DNA of 19,992 nucleotides, taken from the NCBI GenBank assembly GCA_052386995.1, contig JBQTJP010000039.1:1-19992 (forward strand). The letters run 5' to 3'. The stretch's first letter is position 1, and each line of letters starts with the position of its first letter. The DNA comes from Armatimonadota bacterium. Lineage in GTDB: Bacteria; Sysuimicrobiota; Sysuimicrobiia; Sysuimicrobiales; Humicultoraceae. Positions 8,236 to 15,786 of this stretch are shown in pieces. The notes below the pieces were generated by a model, which saw only the letters and a list, made by a program, of their open reading frames with translations, ran no database searches and was not told the DNA's origin. A program made the translations under genes and the position numbers.

Positions 8236-8919
8236 ATGGCGGGCGCCCGGATCCTCGTAGTGGATGACGAGCCGCAGATCAGGCGCGCCCTGACCCGGAC
8301 GCTGGAAGCAAACGACTTCGACGTGCGGACGGTGGGGACGGGGGAGGAGGCTCTCCTCGCGCTCAGGTGGCGACCCGATGTGATCCTGCTGGACCTTATG
8401 CTGCCCGACTTGGACGGCCTCGAGGTCGCCCGGCTCGTCCGTGAGCAGGTCGCAACTCCGATCCTGGTGCTGTCGGCCCGTGGGGAAGAACCACAGAAGG
8501 TTTTGGCTCTCGACCAGGGCGCCGATGACTACATCACCAAACCTTTTGGGACCGACGAACTCCTGGCGCGGATCCGCGTGGCACTCCGGCATGCGGCCGG
8601 ACAACCGACTGATCCGGTCATTGAGGCCGGAGATCTGCGCATCGACCTTGAGCGTCGCTTGGTCGCCCGTGGTGGCGAGGAAGTTCACCTGACGCCGACC
8701 GAGTACGAAGTGCTGAAGTATCTTGCCCGGCATGCGGGAAAGGTCATTACTCACCGGATGCTGTTGCAGCACGTGTGGGGTCCCGAGCATATAGAAGAGA
8801 CGCAGTACCTGCACGTCCTGATAAGCCAGCTCCGGCGGAAGATCGAGCCCCAACCTGCGCGCCCGCAGTACATTCTGACGGAACCGGGAGTTGGGTATCG
8901 GTTTCGCCCGCCAGCGTAG
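8236..8919 (+). CDS. kdpE: KdpE-like OmpR-family response regulator
   Basis: ILVVDDEPQIRRAL, phosphoacceptor in LLDLMLPDLDG, GADDYITKPF, HLTPTEY, GKVITHR.LL..VWGP, KdpE-typical end YILTEPGVGYRF. True start is ATG 8236, 10 nt after the kinase stop. Confidence 0.93.
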   Translation: MAGARILVVDDEPQIRRALTRTLEANDFDVRTVGTGEEALLALRWRPDVILLDLMLPDLDGLEVARLVREQVATPILVLSARGEEPQKVLALDQGADDYITKPFGTDELLARIRVALRHAAGQPTDPVIEAGDLRIDLERRLVARGGEEVHLTPTEYEVLKYLARHAGKVITHRMLLQHVWGPEHIEETQYLHVLISQLRRKIEPQPARPQYILTEPGVGYRFRPPA

Positions 8920-8996
8920 TCCCCCCGCTTTTTTCATCGCGATCTGAGGTTCCCGTGGAGGCCTTAGGGGATTCTTAGCATCCCTGCCGCATCTCC

Positions 8997-9029
8997 AAGG
9001 ACTTCTGAAGACCCTCTCTGCTACCTTCG
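8997..9029 (+). promoter_or_regulatory. Promoter element copy 1 (putative KdpE direct repeats plus extended -10 TGcTACCTT)
   Basis: aaggacttctgaagaccctctctgctaccttcg; 30/33 identical to 9301-9333. The -10 element is at 9019-9027, upstream of SD AAGGGGG and GTG 9048. Confidence 0.7.
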
Positions 9030-9047
9030 TGGCGCAAGGGGGTCGAC

Positions 9048-9302
9048 GTGAGCCAAGCGTTCGCCGAATTGATTTTGGTCTCCGCCGGTGCCGGGGTCTT
9101 CACGGCCGCGATGATCGGCGACACCATCCCCGAGATCTTGGGTGCCTTGCTGGGCGCCTTCCTGGGCATGCTTGTGACGGTTGCAGGCCCGACGCCGTTG
9201 ACGACCGGAAGCGTACTCCATGCCGCGGTCGCCGCTCTCTGGGCCTCGATCCTGACCTGGCTCGCAGTCATCTGGTGGGAGCGCCTGGCAAGGATTTCTT
9301 AA
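9048..9302 (+). CDS. Small 84-aa membrane protein (about 3 TM), weak resemblance to GlsB/YeaQ/YmgE family
   Basis: SD AAGGGGG at 9036-9042, own promoter copy, three hydrophobic Gly/Ala-rich segments (ILGALLGAFLGMLV) and a WW-basic C-terminus. Fills the gap between kdpE and kimA. Confidence 0.7.
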   Translation: MSQAFAELILVSAGAGVFTAAMIGDTIPEILGALLGAFLGMLVTVAGPTPLTTGSVLHAAVAALWASILTWLAVIWWERLARIS

Positions 9303-9333
9303 GGACTTCTTAAGACCCCCTCTGCTACTTTCG
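9287..9333 (+). promoter_or_regulatory. Promoter element copy 2 (three 11-bp-period half-sites plus extended -10 TGcTACTTT) driving kimA
   Basis: ggcaag(9287)-gattt-cttaag(9298)-gactt-cttaag(9309), then TGCTACTTT at 9323-9331, about 25-30 nt before the kimA start. Confidence 0.72.
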
Positions 9334-9355
9334 GATATCGAGGTCAGCGCTGAAA

Positions 9356-11353
9356 GTGGTAATGAAGCGGCTAAGAGACCGCATCCCCGCCTTTTCGTTG
9401 CGCCGGTTCGTCCTTGGGCCCACTCTGCCGACCCACGAGATGCCCCGGCAGACCGTCGGAAAGCTCGTGGGGCTCGCGGTTTTCGCATCGGACGTGCTCT
9501 CCTCGGTCGCGTATGCTACCGAGGAGATCCTCCTCGTCCTGGCCCTCGCGGGTGCCGCATACTTCGGGCTGTCCATTCCCATCTCGATCGCGATCTCCGT
9601 GCTCCTGCTCGTCCTCACGATTTCCTATCGCCAGACCATTTTCGCCTATCCCAACGGGGGCGGGGCGTACATCGTCGCGCGTGACAACCTCGGAGAGGGA
9701 CCCGCCCAGACGGCCGGGGCGGCCCTTCTGACCGACTACATCCTGACCGTGTCGGTGAGCATCGCGGCGGGGGTGGCCCAGATCGTGTCCGCCTTTCCCT
9801 CACTCGCCCCCTGGCGCGTCGAGGTCGCGGTCGCGGCCATCCTGTTCATGATGCTGGTAAACCTCAGGGGCGTGCGCGAGTCGGGAACCTTCTTCGCCAT
9901 CCCCACCTACTTCTTTGTCGTGATGATGCTGGGGATGCTCGCGGTCGGCTTCTACCAGCTCTCGATTGGACAGCTGAACCAGGTCACGGGCGTGCATCTA
10001 GAGGAAAGCGCCGTCCAGCCCTTCACTCTCTTTCTCCTCCTGCGAGCCTTCAGCAGCGGCTCGGTCGCGGTAACTGGCACGGAGGCAGTGAGCAATGGGA
10101 TCACGGCCTTCCGCGAGCCCAAGAGCCGGAATGCGGCGGCGACCATGGCATGGATGAGCGTTCTGATCGGGACGATGTTCGTCGGGACCACCGTGTTGGC
10201 CGTCCGAATGCATGCGGTCCCGGTGGAGAATGAAACCGTCATCTCTCAACTGGCCAGGACCATCTACGGTCCGGGCGCGTTCCACCTGGTCACCCTCGCA
10301 GCGACCACGATGATCCTGATTCTGGCCGCCAACACCGCGTTCGCCGATTTCCCGCGGATCGGCGCGCTCCAGGCGGCGGATGGATTTCTCCCGCGCCAGC
10401 TGACTTATCGGGGAAGCCGTCTGGTGTTCTCGTGGGGAATCGTCGTGCTGGCCGCCGTCTCTTGCCTGCTGGTCGTCGTGTTCCGCGCAGACGTCTCCCA
10501 GCTCATCCCCCTCTATGCGATCGGGGTCTTCTTGTCATTCACGATGTCGCAGACAGGCATGGTCGTGCGCTGGCGGAAGATCGGACGCCTTCGGCCGGAT
10601 GAGTCCGTGGAAACCAAGGGCTCCGTTCTCCGGTTCGATCCACAGTGGCGCTTCAAGCAGGCGATCAACGCCGTCGGAGCGCTTCTCACAACGGCGGTTA
10701 TCATCGTGTTTGCCGTGACGAAATTCGCACACGGTGCGTGGATCGTCGTGATTCTGATCCCTACCCTGGTGTGGATTTTTTTCCGCATCCACCACCATTA
10801 CCAGGAAGTCCGCCGCAGGCTGAGTGTGGGCGACCTTCAGACTGCACCCCCGCCCGCCCCCATTATCCACCTGGTGTTGATCTCCAACGTCCATGCCGCG
10901 GCGCTTCGTCAGATTCAGTTCGTCCGGTCTCTCGGATTCCGGTGGGTCGCTGTCCATGTCGCGACCGACGAGGAGAAGGCGGCTGAGGTGCGCCGGAAAT
11001 GGGAGCGATTCTTCCCGGACGAGACCCTCGTCGTGCTCCCGTCGCCGTTACGCGATGTGGTCGGCCCGATCCGCAGCTACGTGGAGCGACTCCGGGTGGA
11101 GCATCCCGACGCATTCATCCACGTCGTCATGTCGCAGATTCTCATGGACAACTTGGTCGAACAGACCCTGCATCAGAACACGACTGTCATCTTCAAGCTG
11201 GCCCTGCAGGACATTCCCATGGTCGTAGTGACCGACGTGGCATATCCGCTCCATCCTGAGGCGCCGCCGGTGATAATCGAGCCGGTCCCGGGCACAGAGG
11301 AAACTGTGGCGCCGGTCGATCGGGCTCGTCCCTCGCCTTCTGGTGGGAATTAA
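9356..11353 (+). CDS. kimA: KimA/YdaO-type potassium transporter (APC superfamily, KUP-related K+/H+ symporter)
   Basis: ASDVLSSVAYATEEIL, SYRQTIFAYPNGGGAY.VA..NLG, LLTDYILTVSVS, NLRGVRESG, TGTEAVSNG..AF.EPKSRNA, ANTAFADFPR, LIPLYAIGVF, followed by a cytosolic C-domain. Start is GTG 9356 or ATG 9362. Confidence 0.9.
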   Translation: MVMKRLRDRIPAFSLRRFVLGPTLPTHEMPRQTVGKLVGLAVFASDVLSSVAYATEEILLVLALAGAAYFGLSIPISIAISVLLLVLTISYRQTIFAYPNGGGAYIVARDNLGEGPAQTAGAALLTDYILTVSVSIAAGVAQIVSAFPSLAPWRVEVAVAAILFMMLVNLRGVRESGTFFAIPTYFFVVMMLGMLAVGFYQLSIGQLNQVTGVHLEESAVQPFTLFLLLRAFSSGSVAVTGTEAVSNGITAFREPKSRNAAATMAWMSVLIGTMFVGTTVLAVRMHAVPVENETVISQLARTIYGPGAFHLVTLAATTMILILAANTAFADFPRIGALQAADGFLPRQLTYRGSRLVFSWGIVVLAAVSCLLVVVFRADVSQLIPLYAIGVFLSFTMSQTGMVVRWRKIGRLRPDESVETKGSVLRFDPQWRFKQAINAVGALLTTAVIIVFAVTKFAHGAWIVVILIPTLVWIFFRIHHHYQEVRRRLSVGDLQTAPPPAPIIHLVLISNVHAAALRQIQFVRSLGFRWVAVHVATDEEKAAEVRRKWERFFPDETLVVLPSPLRDVVGPIRSYVERLRVEHPDAFIHVVMSQILMDNLVEQTLHQNTTVIFKLALQDIPMVVVTDVAYPLHPEAPPVIIEPVPGTEETVAPVDRARPSPSGGN

Positions 11354-11363
11354 TGTGGGTAGC

Positions 11364-11383
11364 AACTCGGTCCGGACCGAGTT
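11364..11383. terminator. Perfect 20-bp palindrome between convergent kimA and AKR genes, probable bidirectional terminator hairpin
   Basis: aactcggtccggaccgagtt equals its own reverse complement. No real U-tract on either side. Confidence 0.55.
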
Positions 11384-11399
11384 CTGGCGAAACTCTCGA

Positions 11400-12431
11400 C
11401 TAGCGGTTCAACGAGCGCATGGCGACTTCGGGATAGCGATCTCCTGCGGTTGGCGCAAGCGCGTCCAGCGACGCCAGGTCGTCAGGCGACAGGTGGATGC
11501 GGACCGCCGCGGCATTCTCTTCCACACGTTCGGCGCGCGTCGAGCCCGGGATTGGAATGACATCTGCGCCGCGCGAGAGCAGCCACGCGAGGGCGACCTG
11601 CGCCGGCGTGCAGCCCTTCGTGCGCGCGAGTTCCTCGACCTTGGCAACGACCCCAAGATTCTTCCGGAAGTTCTCGCCCTGAAAACGCGGATGGTTACGG
11701 CGCATATCGTCCGGTGCGAGGTCGTCTGCGGAGCGGAACCGTCCCGTAAGAAAGCCGCGGCCGAGTGGGCTGTAGGCTACGAACGCTATGCCGAGCTGCC
11801 GGCATGTCGCGAGTAGCTCCTGTTCGGGGTCACGGGTCCACAATGAGTACTCTGTCTGCAGCGCGGTAATGGGGTGCACCGCGTGCGCCCGGCGAATCGT
11901 CATCGGCGCGGCTTCGGACAAGCCGAGGTACCGCACTTTGCCGGCGTCCACCAGCTCTGCCATCGCGCCGACCGTCTCTTCGATCGGCGTGTTCGGATCG
12001 ACGCGGTGCTGGTAATAGACGTCGATCACGTCCACCCCGAGCCGCTGCAGCGACGCATTGCATGCCTGCCGCACGTACTCAGGCCGACCGTTGATCCCCA
12101 CGAACGCGCCCTCTGCCGTCCGGACGTTTCCAAACTTCGTCGCGAGGACGACCTCGTCACGCCGGTTCCGAATCGCGCGACCGACGAGCCGCTCATTCGT
12201 GAACGGTCCGTACACATCCGCGGTGTCCAGGAAGTTGATACCGAGGTCCAACGTGCGATGAATCGTCTCGATAGAGCGTTCATCATCCGCACGCCCGTAG
12301 AAGTCGGACATGCCCATACAGCCGAGCCCGATCGCTGAAACCGACGGTCCCGCGTGGCCGAGCTGCCGCCGGGTCATCACCTCATGTCGCTGCGGCCGGC
12401 CCTGACGACGATCGTTGCGCTCGTGATGCAT
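11400..12431 (-). CDS. Aldo/keto reductase (AKR13/YakC-like)
   Basis: [12 protein letters not shown], catalytic tetrad in DTADVYG / LATKFG / [46 protein letters not shown]. Start is ATG 12431 (GGAGG 8 nt upstream) or ATG 12377 (family-typical N-terminus). Confidence 0.95.
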   Translation of the reverse strand: MHHERNDRRQGRPQRHEVMTRRQLGHAGPSVSAIGLGCMGMSDFYGRADDERSIETIHRTLDLGINFLDTADVYGPFTNERLVGRAIRNRRDEVVLATKFGNVRTAEGAFVGINGRPEYVRQACNASLQRLGVDVIDVYYQHRVDPNTPIEETVGAMAELVDAGKVRYLGLSEAAPMTIRRAHAVHPITALQTEYSLWTRDPEQELLATCRQLGIAFVAYSPLGRGFLTGRFRSADDLAPDDMRRNHPRFQGENFRKNLGVVAKVEELARTKGCTPAQVALAWLLSRGADVIPIPGSTRAERVEENAAAVRIHLSPDDLASLDALAPTAGDRYPEVAMRSLNR

Positions 12432-12454
12432 CTCCTCTTCCTCCAACGCCTGGG

Positions 12455-12520
12455 TCAGCGCGTGGCGATTGCCGGCGGGACTTCGCGCGGCCTTGCTAGA
12501 AGAACAAAGACCGATTCCAT
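12455..12520 (-). CDS. Candidate 21-aa small [24 protein letters not shown]
   Basis: GGGAGGAGCGCT-ATG (GGAGG 6 nt from ATG 12518-12520), stop TGA 12455-12457. Sits wholly between the RND and AKR genes. Confidence 0.35.
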   Translation of the reverse strand: MESVFVLLARPREVPPAIATR

Positions 12521-12547
12521 AGCGCTCCTCCCGTCAGCCGGCGAAGT

Positions 12548-15500
12548 CTAGGCTTCCTCGCTCGAGACCTCGGAGGACACAGCGGCCGGGGAAGGCCGAC
12601 GGAAAATCCCTCCCACCGAACGCACCCCCAGCGCCCACGCCGCCCCAATCGCGGCACCCGCCTTGCCCCACAGCGGCAGCTTGGCGAGGTCGTCGAAGAG
12701 CGAGTAGAAGACCGGGATCGCCACCAGCGTGAGCAGCAGCGACAGCATCTGCCCACCGATGATCACCGAGCTGATCGCGCGGTTGGTCTCGGCGCCCACG
12801 CCGCTGCTGACCGCCAGCGGAATCATGCCGGCGACAAATGCGATGGTCGTCATTAAGATCGGCCGCAGCCGGTCGCCGCTCGCCTGCAGAATGGCCTGGT
12901 CGCGCTCCACGCCCTGCTCGCGCAGCTGATTCGCGCGGTCGATCTGTAGAATAGCATTCTTCTTGACGACGCCGAAGAGCACCAGGATCCCCAACTGGGT
13001 GAAGATGTTCAGCGAGCCTCCCATGGCGATGATGGAGAGCAGCGCAAACGGCACGGTGAGCGGCAGGGACAGCAGGATCGTGATGGGATGCAGCCACGAC
13101 TCGAACTGTGCGGCCAGGATCAGGTACATGAACACGAACGACAGCAGGAATGCCAGCATGAACGCCTGCGCCTGGCGCCCTTGCTCCTGCGCCTGGCCCG
13201 CAAAGGCGGTCACGTACTCGGGCCCCAGGCCCAACGCTTTGATCTTCCCGTCGAGGGCCTGCAGCGCGCCCACCTGGGACGTGCCGGGCAAGAGGCCGGC
13301 CGTCAGCGTGACCTGGCGGCGCCGGTTGTACCGGTCGATCGACGATGGACCCGTGCCCGGCTCGATGCGGACCACCTGGCTCAAGGGGATGCTTCCCAAC
13401 TTCGTCGACCCGACCGTCAGGCGATCCAGCGCGGCGACGTCATGGCGATACGACGCGTCCGCACGCACGTAGATATCGTACTGCTGACCGGCCTCGGCGT
13501 ACTGCGAGGTTTCCACGCCGGCGATGAAGACGCGGAGCGCGGTCGCCGCCTCCTGCACGCTGACACCGAGGTCCGCGGCGCGCTCGCGATCGATGGAGAT
13601 CCCCAATTGTGGTTTGCCGCCGACAAGGGTGGAGTTCACGTCAACCACGCCTGGGATGCTGTTGAGAATGCGCTCACCCTCTGTGGCCGCGCGGGTGAGG
13701 ACCGAGAGATCAGGGCCGCTGATAACGTACTCGACCGGCTGAAATGCCCCGCCGCCACCAAAATCCGAGGCCGGGGCGACCAGCGTTCGCAGGCCGAGGT
13801 GCGCGTACCGGGGCAGCACTTCCGTCCGTACCCGATCCATCAAGGCGTGCTGGCTGATCGACCGCTCGTGCACGCCGGTCATCCCCACAAAGAGCGTAAA
13901 CCTGTTGGCATTGCGCTCGGCATTGTCGCCTACGGTGACCACGGTTCTCTGTACACCGTCCATGCGCCGGATCTCCGTCGCTATCCCATCGGCGAGCCGT
14001 GCGGTAGCATCCAGGTTCCAGCCCTCCGGAGCGCGCACGACGACGTCGAACTGTGATTCGTCGTCTTCTGGCAGGAAGTTCTGGTTCACCATGGCGCCCA
14101 ACGGCACGATGCTGAACAGCGTCGCTACGCTCAGGGCCACCACGACCCACCGCCGGCGCAGCGAGGCGGACAGCAGCCGGTGATAGCCTGCTTCGAGGAT
14201 GGCAGTGAGCCTGCCGCGCCGATGTCCTGCCCCAGCATGCGCCGCGGCGGACCCGTCCTGCACGGGATCGCCAGTCTCAGGAAGCTTGGGTCGTCGTTTT
14301 GGCGCAAGCCAGCGCGCCGACATCGCCGGGTCGAGCGTGTAGGAGACCAACAGTGAGACGGCAATCGCAAACGCCATCGTCCATCCGAAGCTGCGCATGA
14401 AGCGTCCGACGATGCCACCCATAAACGCCAGTGGCAGGAAAACGGCGATGAGGCTGAACGTCGTCGCGGTCACCGCGGTGCCGACCTGACGCACACCTTC
14501 GATCGCCGCCTGGGCCGGCGGCAGACCTCTCTCATGCATGAACTTGTAGATGTTTTCGCGGACCACGATGGCGTCGTCGATGACGATGCCCACGACCAGC
14601 GCCAGGGCCAGCAGCGTCACAATGTTAAGGGTCAGGCCCATCATGCTCAGCAACGCGAAGGTGGTGATCAGCGAGGTCGGAATGGCGAGCGCGGAGATGA
14701 CCATGGACCGGACATCCCAGAGGAAGAGCAGCACGACGAACGCGGCGAGGAAGGACCCAACGATCAGGTGCTCCTGGACCGCGTGGGTCGACGCCTCGAT
14801 GAACACCGCCTGATCGCGCACCATCTCGAGACGGTAGCCGGGAGCCAGGGTGGACGTGATCGTCGCGAGACGGTCTTTCACCGCCCTCACGACGTTCAGG
14901 GTGTTCTCCCCCGACTGCTTGCGGACGCGGAGGAGCACGGCCGACCGGCCGTCGACAGTCGCCGTTGTCTCGGGTTCGGCTCCCCCGTCTTCGACCCGAG
15001 CGACGTCGGCCACCATGACCGGCTGACCGGCGCGCGAGGCCACCACGACCCGCTCGAGCTCCTGCAGGGAGTCGACGCGCCCAAAGGTGCGGAGGGTCAA
15101 GCGCTGCGCGCCGCGATCCACGTTGCCGGCCGGAATCTGCACGTTCTGGGACTGGAGGGCCCGCACGATGTCCGGGCTACTGAGCCCGTAGGCGTTCAGG
15201 CGCTCCGCATCCACGAGCACGTTGATTTGCCTCTTGCGCCCGCCAACGATCTCGACCTGTGCCACGCCAAGGGTGCCTTCCAGTTGTGGGCGGATGACTT
15301 TGTCGGCGTACTCCGTGATGTCGCGGATCGAGCGATCACCAGAGAGCGCGAGTTGAGCGACGGGAAAGGCGCTGACATCGAATTTAGAAATGACCGGGGG
15401 ATCGATCGCCGCCGGCAGGTCCCGCAGGATCCCGTTGACCTTGTCCCGGACCTCTTGCGTGGCGACATCGGTGTTCTTCTCGAGCAGAAACTGGATGGTA

Positions 15501-15775
15501 ACGGTTGAAAACCCCTCGGCCGACACCGACGTCAGGCGGTCGATCCCGCTGATCGAGTTCACCTCCGCCTCGATCTTGTCGGTAACATCACTCTCGATCT
15601 CTTCGGGCGACGCTCCCGGAAGACGGGTCGAGATTATGACAAAGGGGATATCGACGTTCGGAAAGCGCTCGACGTTGAGGCGGAAGTACGAAAATGCCCC
15701 CAGGAACACCAGACCGAGGATCATCACCGCGGCCAGGACGGGACGGCGGACTGAAAGTTCGGCAAGACGCTGCAT
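12548..15775 (-). CDS. RND efflux transporter permease (AcrB/SwrC/MdtBC-like HAE1)
   Basis: 1075 aa; LSVRRPV N-terminus, PGASPEEIE, proton-relay motifs GIVIDDAIVVRENI, GVVKKNAILQID and RLRPILMTT. Confidence 0.96.
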   Translation of the reverse strand: MQRLAELSVRRPVLAAVMILGLVFLGAFSYFRLNVERFPNVDIPFVIISTRLPGASPEEIESDVTDKIEAEVNSISGIDRLTSVSAEGFSTVTIQFLLEKNTDVATQEVRDKVNGILRDLPAAIDPPVISKFDVSAFPVAQLALSGDRSIRDITEYADKVIRPQLEGTLGVAQVEIVGGRKRQINVLVDAERLNAYGLSSPDIVRALQSQNVQIPAGNVDRGAQRLTLRTFGRVDSLQELERVVVASRAGQPVMVADVARVEDGGAEPETTATVDGRSAVLLRVRKQSGENTLNVVRAVKDRLATITSTLAPGYRLEMVRDQAVFIEASTHAVQEHLIVGSFLAAFVVLLFLWDVRSMVISALAIPTSLITTFALLSMMGLTLNIVTLLALALVVGIVIDDAIVVRENIYKFMHERGLPPAQAAIEGVRQVGTAVTATTFSLIAVFLPLAFMGGIVGRFMRSFGWTMAFAIAVSLLVSYTLDPAMSARWLAPKRRPKLPETGDPVQDGSAAAHAGAGHRRGRLTAILEAGYHRLLSASLRRRWVVVALSVATLFSIVPLGAMVNQNFLPEDDESQFDVVVRAPEGWNLDATARLADGIATEIRRMDGVQRTVVTVGDNAERNANRFTLFVGMTGVHERSISQHALMDRVRTEVLPRYAHLGLRTLVAPASDFGGGGAFQPVEYVISGPDLSVLTRAATEGERILNSIPGVVDVNSTLVGGKPQLGISIDRERAADLGVSVQEAATALRVFIAGVETSQYAEAGQQYDIYVRADASYRHDVAALDRLTVGSTKLGSIPLSQVVRIEPGTGPSSIDRYNRRRQVTLTAGLLPGTSQVGALQALDGKIKALGLGPEYVTAFAGQAQEQGRQAQAFMLAFLLSFVFMYLILAAQFESWLHPITILLSLPLTVPFALLSIIAMGGSLNIFTQLGILVLFGVVKKNAILQIDRANQLREQGVERDQAILQASGDRLRPILMTTIAFVAGMIPLAVSSGVGAETNRAISSVIIGGQMLSLLLTLVAIPVFYSLFDDLAKLPLWGKAGAAIGAAWALGVRSVGGIFRRPSPAAVSSEVSSEEA

Positions 15776-15786
15776 CGTTGTTCCCC

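Noticed and set aside
8913..8934. Possible terminator after kdpE (agcg...cgct followed by a T run)
   Set aside because: The stem is only 4 bp with a long loop and overlaps the stop codon, which is too weak to call.
8860..8936. Minus-strand GCGGGGGGAC ... CCCGGTTCCGTCAG resembling c-di-AMP (ydaO) riboswitch motifs near kimA
   Set aside because: It is on the wrong strand for kimA and mostly lies inside the conserved KdpE C-terminal codons (ILTEPGVGYRF). The other riboswitch elements are missing. An Rfam RF00379 scan would settle it.
6613..11399. K+ cassette as a horizontally acquired or mobile island
   Set aside because: Codon usage looks slightly more AT-rich by eye, but I could not quantify it. 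No integrase, transposase, tRNA or flanking direct repeats were seen.
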